Shown: positions 18,126 through 27,897 of the stretch, in pieces
How the letters are laid out: every line of letters begins with the position of its first letter
How positions within the stretch are numbered: the first letter of the stretch is position 1
Source of the DNA: an uncultured Candidatus Rokubacteria bacterium
GTDB taxonomy: Bacteria > Methylomirabilota > Methylomirabilia > Rokubacteriales > CSP1-6
Assembly (NCBI GenBank): GCA_963747235.1
Contig: CAVVEU010000003.1
Location: 1-64,000, forward strand
Direction of reading: 5' to 3'
Length of the DNA stretch: 64,000 bases
The notes under the pieces: generated by a model
The model's database searches: none
What the model saw: only the letters and a program-made list of their open reading frames with translations
Told to the model about the DNA's origin: nothing
Translations under genes and position numbers: made by a program

Positions 18126-19358
18126 TCATTCGTGTCGCAGGGCGGCGATAGGGTCGAGGCCCGCGGCTTTCCGCGCCGGATAGAGGCCGCAGAAGATCCC
18201 CACCGCGCCGGCAAAACCGAAGGCTATCAGGACGGCCTCCGGCTCTACTAGCATGCGCCACTCGGCAAAGTATGCGATGCCGTACGAGCTGGCGAGACCG
18301 AACCCGATGCCGATGGCGCCGCCGATCAACGAGAGGGTGACCGCCTCCACCAGGAACTGCGCGAGGATGTCCTTGCTGCGCGCGCCCACGGCCATGCGGA
18401 GGCCGATCTCCCGGGTCCGCTCGGTTACCGACACGAGCATGATGTTCATGATGCCGATGCCACCCACCACAAGCGATACGGAGGCGATGGTGGCCAGCAG
18501 CATGGTCAGCACGCGCGACGAAGCCTCCTGAGCCTGGAACTCCTCAGCTAGGCTCGTGAGAACAAACCCGTCCTCCTGATAGGGCTGCAACCCGTGTCGC
18601 TGACGGAGCACCTCCCGGATCTCCTGCTCGGCCGCCTTCATGAGTCCGGCCGCGCGGACCTTGACGAAGATGGCGCCGACGGCTCGGCCGCGGGCCGGAT
18701 TCAATCCCAGCAGCTTCCGTTTGGCCGTGGACAAGGGGATCAGGATCTGATCGTCCTGATCCTCGCCCCACGTGGTCTGGCCCTTGTGGTCCAAGACGCC
18801 GATCACCGTGAACGGGACCTTGCGAATCCGGATCCCGAGCCCGACCGGATCCTCGTCGCCAAACAGGTTCCGGGCTACGGTCTGGCCGATCACCGCCACC
18901 TTGCTGGCCCCCTCCACCTCGCCCGGGCTGATCGTCCGGCCGGCCACGACGTCCCAGTCTCTCGTTGGAAAGTACTCGGAGGTCACACCCCGGATCGCGG
19001 TCCACCAGTTCAGGTTCGCGGACACGACGTGGGCGGTGCCGGCGACATACGGGGCCGCGCCCTCGACCAACGGCACCTCGCGCTGGATGGCCGAGGCGTC
19101 CTCTTCGGTGAGCGTGGGCGACGTACCCGCACCGAGTCGGGCGCCCCCAGCCTGGACGGATCCGGCCCTTATGACAATCATGTTGGAGCCCAAGCTCCGG
19201 AACTGCTCCATCACCCGCGCTTGGGCGCCCGCGCCCACGGCTGCCATGGTGATCACGGCGCCGACGCCGATGACGATGCCAAGCATCGTGAGAGAGCTGC
19301 GCAGCTTGTTCACGCGCAAGGCCCGGACAGCAATGCGCACGCTCGCCAGGACATTCAT
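18126..19358 (-). CDS. MacB/FtsX-family ABC transporter permease
   Basis: RSSLTMLGIVIGV, VGGIGIMNIMLVSVTERTREIGLRMAVGA, PIAALRHE. Confidence 0.92.
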   Translation of the reverse strand: MNVLASVRIAVRALRVNKLRSSLTMLGIVIGVGAVITMAAVGAGAQARVMEQFRSLGSNMIVIRAGSVQAGGARLGAGTSPTLTEEDASAIQREVPLVEGAAPYVAGTAHVVSANLNWWTAIRGVTSEYFPTRDWDVVAGRTISPGEVEGASKVAVIGQTVARNLFGDEDPVGLGIRIRKVPFTVIGVLDHKGQTTWGEDQDDQILIPLSTAKRKLLGLNPARGRAVGAIFVKVRAAGLMKAAEQEIREVLRQRHGLQPYQEDGFVLTSLAEEFQAQEASSRVLTMLLATIASVSLVVGGIGIMNIMLVSVTERTREIGLRMAVGARSKDILAQFLVEAVTLSLIGGAIGIGFGLASSYGIAYFAEWRMLVEPEAVLIAFGFAGAVGIFCGLYPARKAAGLDPIAALRHE

Positions 19359-19481
19359 GTTGACGCTTCGTACTACTCCCATCGCAGCCTACCACGGCCG
19401 AACGTTCGGCTTCTGACGAGACTTGGCCCGGCGGAGAGGCCACCGCGAGTCACTTGGCGGCCGGGCAACCGCCGCCCCGGC

Positions 19482-19904
19482 TCAGAAGGCGAACACGAGC
19501 TTCGTCAGGCGGACCGCCCGCTCGATACTGCTGCGCACCTCGTCGAGATACGGGTGCAGCGGCGGGGAGTGCCGGTTACTTCTGAGCGCATCCCCCGCCC
19601 GCTCGAGCAGCGAGAGCGCCTCGGTGGCTTTCTCGCTGTTCAGATCGAGGAGCGGGTCCGGGAATTTCGCCCCGGACGCCTTGATGAGCATGGCACTGTG
19701 GGCCGCCTTGAGCTCACGGTGCGCGGTGCGTATCAGCACCTCAGCCCGAGCCGGGTCGCCGAGATTCGCCAGCGCTTCCTGCTGCAGCTTGCTGCTCCGC
19801 TCGAGCCTCCCCTGTACGTCCGGCGAAAGCTGCGCGAATGCCGATGAGACGGTCGCAAGGGCGAGGGCCAGGGCCAATGGGATCAATCGGCCAGGTGTCG
19901 TCAT
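19482..19904 (-). CDS. Secreted helical hypothetical protein
   Basis: GAGGAG RBS; signal peptide ending SSAFAQ. Confidence 0.65.
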   Translation of the reverse strand: MTTPGRLIPLALALALATVSSAFAQLSPDVQGRLERSSKLQQEALANLGDPARAEVLIRTAHRELKAAHSAMLIKASGAKFPDPLLDLNSEKATEALSLLERAGDALRSNRHSPPLHPYLDEVRSSIERAVRLTKLVFAF

Positions 19905-20081
19905 CGCGTCTCCTCTTCTATCGTCCCAGTCCCGAACGTGCCTCCGTGCGTGGTCCATCGGTTGGATGTGCCGAGCCGTTTATCCTGGGCGGACCCTACC
20001 ACCGGCAGCGCGGACAAGCAAGGTAGATACAAGCCCTTGGCGGTTGGACGCCCCGTGGACGGCCGGTGATACTCTCCCGCC

Positions 20082-20363
20082 ATGGCGTCCACGACCGAGC
20101 TCCTGACCTGGGTCCGAGAAGGCGAGCGTCTCTTCGGTGCGGTGGTCGGCGTGCTCCAGCAGCATGACCCGCTCCAGGCCCGGGTGATCACGCTCGAGCG
20201 GGAGAACCAGGCCCTCCGAGAGGAGCTTCAGGCGGCGCGGGCGGAGCTGGAAGTCCTCCGGTCCGAGCGGATCGAGGCGGCGGAGACGATGAAGGCCATC
20301 GCCGAGCACGTCACCCGGCTCGCCACGGTGGCGCTGCAGCGCCTGAGCAAGCGCGTCGGCTGA
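20082..20363 (+). CDS. Short coiled-coil protein; paralog of 13099-13554
   Basis: LLTWVRE...LERENQALREELQAARAELE; 18/54 ungapped identities to 13099-13554 by hand. Confidence 0.78.
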   Translation: MASTTELLTWVREGERLFGAVVGVLQQHDPLQARVITLERENQALREELQAARAELEVLRSERIEAAETMKAIAEHVTRLATVALQRLSKRVG

Positions 20364-20367
20364 TCCG

Positions 20368-20766
20368 CTATTCGCCCTGCCACGACGCCGCGCGGCTGAA
20401 GCGCACCGTCGTGTAGCCGAGCGCGTGAGCGGTCCCGCGGGGCTGGCGCCGATCGGTGCGACGCCGATCGTGCGTGGCCCGCCGGTGCGTGGAGCGCCGA
20501 TCCCCGGCTCGCCGCTCCATGATGATCTTCACGCCGCGCACGCCCAGAAAGGCCCGCTCCAGGTGGTCGTAGAGGCCCGTCTCGCCCGGCCGGATGACGA
20601 AGAGGTACGTGACATTCGGAAAGGTCTGCGACGGGAGGGCGGCCAGGATGTTCTGGAGATGGCGACGGCAGACCCCGTGAGTCTCGCTCTCATCGTCGAA
20701 CGGCTCCCGCTCGCCGAGGAACGCAGGTCCCCCTTCCCGCTGACACCAGGCGCAGAAGGCTTTCAA
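20368..20766 (-). CDS. Putative Zn-binding domain fused to the DRR domain
   Basis: CAWC...THGVCRRH, then YLFVIRPGETGLYDHLERAF...MERRAGDRR...DRRRTDRR; TATGAT 10 nt before TTG 20766. Confidence 0.72.
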   Translation of the reverse strand: MKAFCAWCQREGGPAFLGEREPFDDESETHGVCRRHLQNILAALPSQTFPNVTYLFVIRPGETGLYDHLERAFLGVRGVKIIMERRAGDRRSTHRRATHDRRRTDRRQPRGTAHALGYTTVRFSRAASWQGE

Positions 20767-20854
20767 GGTTCCGCCGATCATAGCACGATCGCGGAGGGTC
20801 CCGACCGCGTTGCCTCCTCCGGGAACCCGGGTGTAGAGTCGAAAGCCGGAGGTA

Positions 20855-21400
20855 GTGACGATGACTCGCGTCTTGAAACTCGGCGCCGCCTTGGTGGCGC
20901 TCACCGCATCCACCACGTTTGCCCAGACCCCCGCGCTCGCTCCCGCCGCGGTCCAGAATGGAGCCACCGTGAGCCTCGAGTACACGCTCAAGGACGATGG
21001 CGGCCAGGTGCTGGATTCCAACAAGGGGGGCGCCCCGCTCGTCTTCGTGCAGGGCCAGCGCCAGATCATCCCGGGCCTCGAGCGGGAGCTCGTCGGCATG
21101 CGTCCCGGCGAGGAGAAGAAGGTCGTGGTCGCGCCGGACGATGGGGGTTACGGCCCGGTCGTGCCGGGGGCCCAGCAGGAAGTGCCGAAGGACGCCATCC
21201 CGAAGGAGGGGCTGAAGGTGGGCACGCAGCTCACCGCCCGCAGCGGATCCGGCGAGGCGCGGCCCGTGACCGTCACGGAGATCAAGGACACGACGGTGGT
21301 GCTCGACTTCAATCATCCCCTCGCGGGAAAGACCCTCTTCTTCGACGTGAAGATTCTCGGGGTCCAGGCGCCCGCCACGCCCGCCCGCCCCTCCCCGTAG
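20855..21400 (+). CDS. Exported SlyD/SlpA-type FKBP peptidyl-prolyl isomerase
   Basis: Signal peptide; VSLEYTL, IIPGLE, LDFNHPLAGKTLFFDV. Confidence 0.9.
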   Translation: MTMTRVLKLGAALVALTASTTFAQTPALAPAAVQNGATVSLEYTLKDDGGQVLDSNKGGAPLVFVQGQRQIIPGLERELVGMRPGEEKKVVVAPDDGGYGPVVPGAQQEVPKDAIPKEGLKVGTQLTARSGSGEARPVTVTEIKDTTVVLDFNHPLAGKTLFFDVKILGVQAPATPARPSP

Positions 21401-21407
21401 CGCGGCT

Positions 21408-22535
21408 ATGTCCCTCCGCCGCGCCGCCCTCTGGACGCTCCTCGCCTCGAAGCTGATCGCGGGCTGGGGCGTGCAGTGGGACATCCAGTGGCACGTGCTG
21501 ATCGGGCGTGACTCCTTCTGGATCCCCCCGCACGTCATGACCTACGCGGGGGTGGCGCTGGCGGTGCTCGTGAGCTTCGGAGTCCTGGCGTGGGAGACCC
21601 TGGTCGGCCGCCCGGGGGTTCGCGTTCTGGGCCTCAGCGGGACGCGCGGCTTTCACCTCGCGGCCTGGGGCATCGCCCTGACCGTCCTGGCCGCGCCGAT
21701 CGATGATCTCTGGCATCGGCTCTTCGGCCTCGACGTCACGCTCTGGAGCCCGCCGCACCTGCTCGGCATCGTGGGCGCGGTGATCAACTCCTTCGCGTGC
21801 CTGGTGATCGCCCGCGAGGTCTACCCCGAGGGGTCGCGGGCCCGGCTGGCCGCGCTCGTGCTCACCGGCGCGGTGCTCTACGGCGGGCTACACCTGACGG
21901 TGGACCCGTCCACCCGCGTGGCCTATCTGCACGGCGGCGTGCTCTTCTACACGCTGGCCATCCTCTCGGCGCTGATCCTGCCGCTGGCCCACGTGCCGAC
22001 CGCCCGGCTCTCGAACAGCCGCTGGGCGCCCATCACCCTGCTCCTCGTGCTCATCGGGCTCGGCCTCATCGGCCAGCAGATCGCGCAGAAGGGCTTCGAG
22101 GTCATGAAGCCCGTCTCGGTGATCGAGGAGGAGATCACGAAGGATCCGACGTCGCCGATCGCGGTGGCCACCCTGATGGCCCGCAAGGAAGGCGTCCCGG
22201 CCGGCCAGACCGGCGGGCGGCGCCACCTGTTCGCCCTCTGGCCCGCTCTGGCAATGGCGCTGGTGGACGCCCGACGCCGCCCCATCGCCGCCACGCTGGC
22301 CTACGCGGCCGCGCTCTTCGCCCTGCTCGCCTGGCGCCTGCCCTCGCGCCCCTCGCTGGCCGCGATGGCCCCCGGGCTCCCCGAGACGCTCGTCGCCCTG
22401 CTCCTGACCCTCGCCGCCGCCCTGGTCGCCGCCTACGCGGCCCGCTGGCTGTCCGACGCCCTCGCCGGGGGTCAGGTCTTGAATTACGACATTTCGAGCG
22501 CGGCCATGAGGTCCCGGGAGAAGGTCCCGGTGTAG
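21408..22535 (+). CDS. Polytopic membrane protein with two D-x3-H-x12/13-H motifs
   Basis: WDIQWHVLIGRDSFWIPPH and DDLWHRLFGLDVTLWSPPH. Confidence 0.8.
   Translation: MSLRRAALWTLLASKLIAGWGVQWDIQWHVLIGRDSFWIPPHVMTYAGVALAVLVSFGVLAWETLVGRPGVRVLGLSGTRGFHLAAWGIALTVLAAPIDDLWHRLFGLDVTLWSPPHLLGIVGAVINSFACLVIAREVYPEGSRARLAALVLTGAVLYGGLHLTVDPSTRVAYLHGGVLFYTLAILSALILPLAHVPTARLSNSRWAPITLLLVLIGLGLIGQQIAQKGFEVMKPVSVIEEEITKDPTSPIAVATLMARKEGVPAGQTGGRRHLFALWPALAMALVDARRRPIAATLAYAAALFALLAWRLPSRPSLAAMAPGLPETLVALLLTLAAALVAAYAARWLSDALAGGQVLNYDISSAAMRSREKVPV
22468..22494. repeat. Single arm of REP family A
   Basis: GGGGTCAGGTCTTGAATTACGACATTT, identical to 46353-46379. Confidence 0.9.
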
Positions 22536-23361
22536 ACCTCCTCCACCGGCCCCTGAGCCGGATGGACCAGTCGGGCCGCACGTCCACGGAGAGCTCGCCG
22601 CCCGGCATCCGCACCGTCACCAGCCCGTGATCGCAGAGCCCGTTCTTGACCGCGGCGCACGCCACCGCGCTCGAGGACGACCCCGACGCCAGCGTCCAGC
22701 CCGCCCCGCGCTCCCAGATCAGGATGTCCACCATCGAGCGTGAGGCCACCCGCGCCCACTGCACGTTGATCCGGTTCGGAAACGCGGGGTGATGCTCGAC
22801 CTGCGGCCCGAGCCGGCGGACCAGCGCCTCGTCGAGGCGGTCGGTGAAGATCACGCAGTGCGGGTTGCCCACCGAGACCGCGGTGATCAGCAGGGTCTCG
22901 CCGGCCACCTGGAGCGGGATCTTCACCACCTCGCGCTCGGGACCGTTCATGGGGATCTCGGGCGCCACGAACGTGCAGCGGCCCATCTCGACGGTGACCA
23001 GGTTCATCCGCCCGTCCGTCACGTGGCAGCGGCACTCCACCCGCCCGCCCATGGTGTCCACCGTGAAGGTGTCGCGCTTGGCGTGGCCGTGATCGTGGAG
23101 GTACTTGGCGAAGATGCGCAGGCCGTTGCCCGACTTCTCGGCCTCGCTGCCGTCCGGATTCAGGATGCGCAGCCCGAAGTCCCCGCCGGCCCAGGCCGGG
23201 ACGAGGAGCAGGATGCCGTCCGAGCCCACGCCCCAGTTGCGATCGCAGATGCGCATCACCTGGCCCGGCGTCAGCGGCGACGGCAGATCGGCGCCGTTGA
23301 TCACGATGTAGTCGTTGCCGAGCCCGTGGCCCTTCACGAAGGGGATCATGCGCGGCATCAT
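22484..23361 (-). CDS. dapF: Diaminopimelate epimerase-like protein, Ser/Ser active-site variant (frameshift near 22550)
   Basis: KGHGLGNDY, NPDGSEAEKSGNGLR, SVGNPH, ERGAGWTLASGS. Confidence 0.85.
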
Positions 23362-24163
23362 ACCTTCCGGAGCGCGCGGAGCCAATCGCGCGCGCGCTCG
23401 ACCGGCCGCCGCACGTCGCAGGGCAGCCGATGCCCCCACTTCTCGCGCGAAGCGCGCCAGCGCCGCCTGCCGCTGGGCCAGATCCTCGCGGCGGCGCCAC
23501 CGGCGCGTTCTCGCCGGTCCGCGTGCCCCCGCCCCGGTGCACGAAGGGCGCGTTCACCACCGCGCAGCGCAGGCCCAGCTCCCGCACCGCGAAGGAGAGA
23601 TCGCGGTCGTAGCCGTGGAAGAAGCCGTAGCCCTCGTCGAAGCCGCCGACCGCCTCCAGGACGTCGCGCGCGAGGAAGAGGCAGACGCCGTCCACCACCG
23701 CCACCTCCGCCCGGGGGCTGCGGAGCGTCGGCGCGCCCTCGAGGCAGTGCACGATGGTCCGGCCCACGTAGCGGCCGTCGCGCCGGAGGCGCTGCACGCC
23801 GTAGAGGCCGGCCAGGCCGATCCGCGCGGTGGACGCCGAGCGCGCCCTGCAGGCGCTCCAGCCACCGCGGGTCGCGCAGCTCGGTGTCGTTGTGCAGGAA
23901 GCAGAGCAGCTCCCCGGTGGCGAGCTGCGCGCCCTGGTTGAGCGCGCGGATGAGCCCCACGTTCTCGTCATTGCGAAGGTAGCGGAGCGGGAGCGCGCGC
24001 GCGAGCCGGTCGCAGGTAGTCCACGCGTCTCGTCGTCGGAGGCGTTGTCCACGACGCAGAGCTCGAACGGGCCCTGGGTGGCCTGCAGGCTTTCCACGCA
24101 CGCGCGGGTGAGCGCGGGCTGGTTGTGCACCACCAGCACCACGCTCGTCGTCACGGCCGCCAC
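23358..24163 (-). CDS. GT2 glycosyltransferase (frameshifts)
   Basis: VVDNASDD, ALNQGA, CFLHND, GGFDEGY..YDRDLS. Confidence 0.82.
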
Positions 24164-24193
24164 GGCAGCGCCGTGGCCCGGCCCCGCGGCCGC

Positions 24194-25337
24194 CTACCGC
24201 TCGGAGAGCGGGACGTACTTCAGGTCGAGCGCGCCCGAGTAGTCGGAGCGAGGCCGGATCAGGCGGTTGTTGCCGTGCTGCTCGAGCACGTGCGCGGCCC
24301 AGCCCGCGATCCGGCTCATGGCGAAGATCGGCGTGAACTGGTCGGTGGAGATCCCCATGGCCGCGTAGGCCGCGCCCGAGTAGAGATCCACGTTGGGGAA
24401 GATGTGCTTCTCGCCGCCGACCACGCGCACCATCGTGTCGAGGATCTCGCACCTTGCTGGTGTCGCCCACCTGCTGCCCGAGCTCGAGCGCGAGCCGCTT
24501 GAGGTGCTTCGCCCGCGGGTCCTCCACCCGGTACACGCGGTGGCCGAAGCCCATGATGCGCGCCTTGTCGGTGAGCGCCTTCCGGATCCACGCCTCCGCC
24601 TTGGCCGGGTCCTTGATCTTCTCGACCATGAGCATGACCTGCTCGTTCGCCCCGCCGTGCAGCGGGCCCTTGAGCGCGCCGATGCCGGAGACCGCGGCCG
24701 AATGCAGATCGGACAGGGTGGCGGCGGTGACGCGGGCCGCGAAGGTCGAGGCGTTGAACTCGTGATCGGCGTGGAGGATGAGCGCGGTGTCGAAGGTCTT
24801 GGCCGCGAGCGGCGTGGGCTTCTTGCCGCTCATCATGTAGAGGAAGTTGCCCGCCAGGTTGAGCTTCGGGCTCGGGGCGATCGGGGGCTTGCCGCGGCGG
24901 ATGCGCTCCCAGGCCGCGACCAGCGTCGGGAGCTGGGCGGTGAGGCGCAGGGACTTTCGCAGCGTCGCCTCGCGGCTATTGTCGGCCGCGTCGGGGTCGA
25001 ACGAGGAGAGCGCCGACACGCCGGTCCGGAGCACCTCCATCGGGGTCGTCTTCCTGGGGAGGAGCTTCAGCATCGCGAGGAGCTTCGGCGGGAGCTTGCG
25101 GTTCGACGTCGAGGCCAGCGCCTTCAGGTGCGTGTCGAGCTCCTTCCGCGACGGCAGCCGCCCCTGCCACAGGAGGTAGGTGACCTCCTCGAAGGTCGAG
25201 TGGGCCACGAGGTCGTCCACGTCATAGCCCCGGTAGATGAGCCGGCCCTTGTGCCCGTCGATGAAGCAGATCTCCGACGGAGAGACGACGACGTCCTCGA
25301 GACCAGCCTTCAGGGGATTGACCGCGGCGTCCGTCAT
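24194..25337 (-). CDS. gltA: Citrate (or 2-methylcitrate) synthase (frameshift near 24450)
   Basis: HADHEFNAS, GPLHGGAN, GFGHRVY, FPNVD, RIAGWAAH. Confidence 0.9.
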
Positions 25338-25434
25338 GGCTCTCTCCGGTTCTCCTTGAGGCGCAGATAGAAACGACTCCTTCTACCACACGCCCCCGGT
25401 GACTTCAAGGCGGCCTCCCCGTACACTCGGCGTC

Positions 25435-26296
25435 GTGCGCGAATCCCATCCTGCGCCCGCGGTGGACTCCGTGATGGATTTCTACGACCGTCACCCCATC
25501 AACGAGGCGCAGGTGCTGGAGTCGGCGCGCGCGGGCCGCGGCCACGGCCCGCTCCAGCCGGAAGACCTCTGGGCGTGGGATCAGGATCACTATGGCGGCC
25601 TCGGGGCCGTGGAGACGCTGGCCCGCCGCGCGGCCATCACGCCCGGCATGACCGTGCTCGACATCTGCGCGGGCCTCGGCGGCCCCGCGCGCTTCCTGGC
25701 GCATCGCTTCGGCGTTCGCGTCACCGGCGTGGACCTGACCCACTCGCGGTGCGCGGCGGGTGCCCGCCTCACCGCCCTCGTCCGCCTGAGCCCCCTGGTG
25801 CGGCTCCTGCGGGCCGACGCGCAGGTCCTCCCCTTCCGCGCCCGCGCCTTCGACGCCGCGGTCAGCCAGGAAGGGCTCCTGCACGTGCCGGACAAGGCGG
25901 CAGTCCTCCGGGAGTGCGCGCGGGTGCTCAAGCCCGGGGCGCGCCTGGCCTTCAGCGACTGGGTCGCGCGGCCCCGGCTCGAGGACAACGAGCGGCGCCG
26001 CCTCGACGAGTGGATGGCCGCGGTCACCCTGCAGCGCGATCGAGGGCTATCGCGAGCTGCTGGCGCGGGCCGGCTTCGCGCTGGTCGAGGCCGAGGACCT
26101 CTCCGCGGAGTGGATCGGCATCCTGCGCGAGCGGCTGCGCATGTACCGGGGCATGCGCGAGCAGACCGTCGCCCGCTTCGGGCCGGCGCGCTACGACGAG
26201 TACAACCAGCTCTACGCGTTCTTCGTGGGGCTCGTGGAGGCGGGCAAGCTGGGCGGGGCGCGGTTCAGCGCAACAGCCGATCGAGCGGCTTCCTGA
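25435..26296 (+). CDS. Class I SAM methyltransferase, sarcosine/dimethylglycine N-methyltransferase-like (frameshift near 26040)
   Basis: DQDHYGG, VLDICAGLGG, RVLKPG. Confidence 0.8.
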
Positions 26297-27897
26297 GGTC
26301 CTTCGGCTCCTTGATCCGGACGTCGGTGGGCACGATCGTCAGCGCCCCGGGCCCGCCCGCCACCCGGGCCTTCACCCGGTTGCCACCCTGGGTCACGATC
26401 ACGTCCATCTGCGGTGCGCCCGTCCACGAGCCCGTAGGTCCCCGCCCCGGTCAGCTTGAGCTCCCGGGCCTCGTAGACCAGGTCCTCGGTGCGGGCCACC
26501 CCGTTGGTGATCGTGTAGCTCGCGGTGATGGAGTCGAAGTTGAGCGGGGAGCCCGCGGCGGGCCGCTTCCCGCGGCGGCCGGAGTCGAGCGTGCCCGAGA
26601 CCAGGTCGGTCAGGGCCAGGGCCTGGCCGAGCGCGTTCAGCAGGTCGGGGCCGATGACGCGGCCCGCGCCGATGTGGACCCGGCCCGAGCCGTTGAGCGT
26701 GGGCAGGGCCTCCAGCGGCTGCAGGGTCGCCTCGCCGGTCAGGTCCAGGGGCCCGGTCACCGCGTTGCGCTGGCAGAGGTAGTCCACCAGCACCGGCTCG
26801 AGCTGCACGCCCTTGACCGTGATGTCGCGCAGCGTGGCCACGCGCGGCGGGCCCAGCGCGACGGTCAGCCGGAAGGTGACCGTTCCCTTGGCCACCTTGG
26901 CCTGCACCGCCTGGCTCTCGAGCTGCGGCGGCGTGTAGAGCAGCGGCACCCGGACGTCCTCCAGCGTCAGCGACCGCCGCTTCGGCTCGAGACAGTGCGG
27001 CTGCTGCGCGGACACCGTGAGGCGGTCGAAGCCGACGGCGCCGGTGGCGGTCAGGCGGGCCGCGGTGCCCGATACCTGGATCCGTCCCTTGAGTGGACCG
27101 GCCACGCTGGGCGTCGGGACGAACAGGGCGGCGGCCGGGGCGACATCACGCGTCTCGATGTCCACCGTCGCCTTGATCTGCGCGTCGCCGAAGGCGCGCC
27201 CGGGCGGCGCGCTCACGGTGGCCTCCGCGATGGTCAGCTTGACGTTGCCGGGCTGGGCCTGCGCGCTCCCGGTGACGCGCAGGGACTCGCCGGCGGCGGC
27301 CTGGGTCACCGTGACGTCAATGGCGTCGAGGGTGAAGAGGGCGCTCTTCGCGCCCGCCTTCTGGTAGTCGATGGCGCCCCGGACGATGCGCACGCGCGAG
27401 AGCAGCACCGCGCTGGCCGCGGCGACCCCGGGGCGGCTCGTGCCCACGCGCGGGGCGCCGGTCGGCGCGGGCGGCGCGCCGCCGCCCAGCGTCGCCACGT
27501 TGAGCCGCCCCGCGGCGTCCTCCACCACGTGGATGCGGGGCTCCTCCAGCGTGAGGTCGGCCAGCTCCACCCGCCCCTGCAGCAGCGGGCGGATGCGGAT
27601 GCGCATGCGGCCCTCGGTCACCGTGATGAAGGGCCCGGGCCCGAAGCTCGGGTCCTCGGCGACCTGGAGCCCGCGGAGCTTGACGGTCGGCAGCGGCAGC
27701 GCGGAGATGGAGAGCGCGTCGAACTTCACAGGCCGCCCCAGGGCGTGCGAGGCGGCCTGTGAAGCGTAGGTCTGGATCGCGGGCGTGTCGAGCAGCAGCG
27801 GCAGCGCGAGCAGGGCGCCCAGCATCAGCACCACCAGCGCGGCCAGCCCGATCAGCGTCCACTTCAGCATCGGCCACTTCAGCATCGAGGCGGTCAT
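26265..27897 (-). CDS. AsmA-family protein (frameshift near 26410)
   Basis: N-terminal TM, ASHALGRPV, PLLQGRVEL..LEEP, FDSITASYTITNG. Confidence 0.8.

Noticed and set aside
21408-22535. Calling this gene pmoC/amoC
   Set aside because: Only the metal motif resembles subunit C; the length, the duplication and the absence of A/B subunits argue against a true monooxygenase operon.
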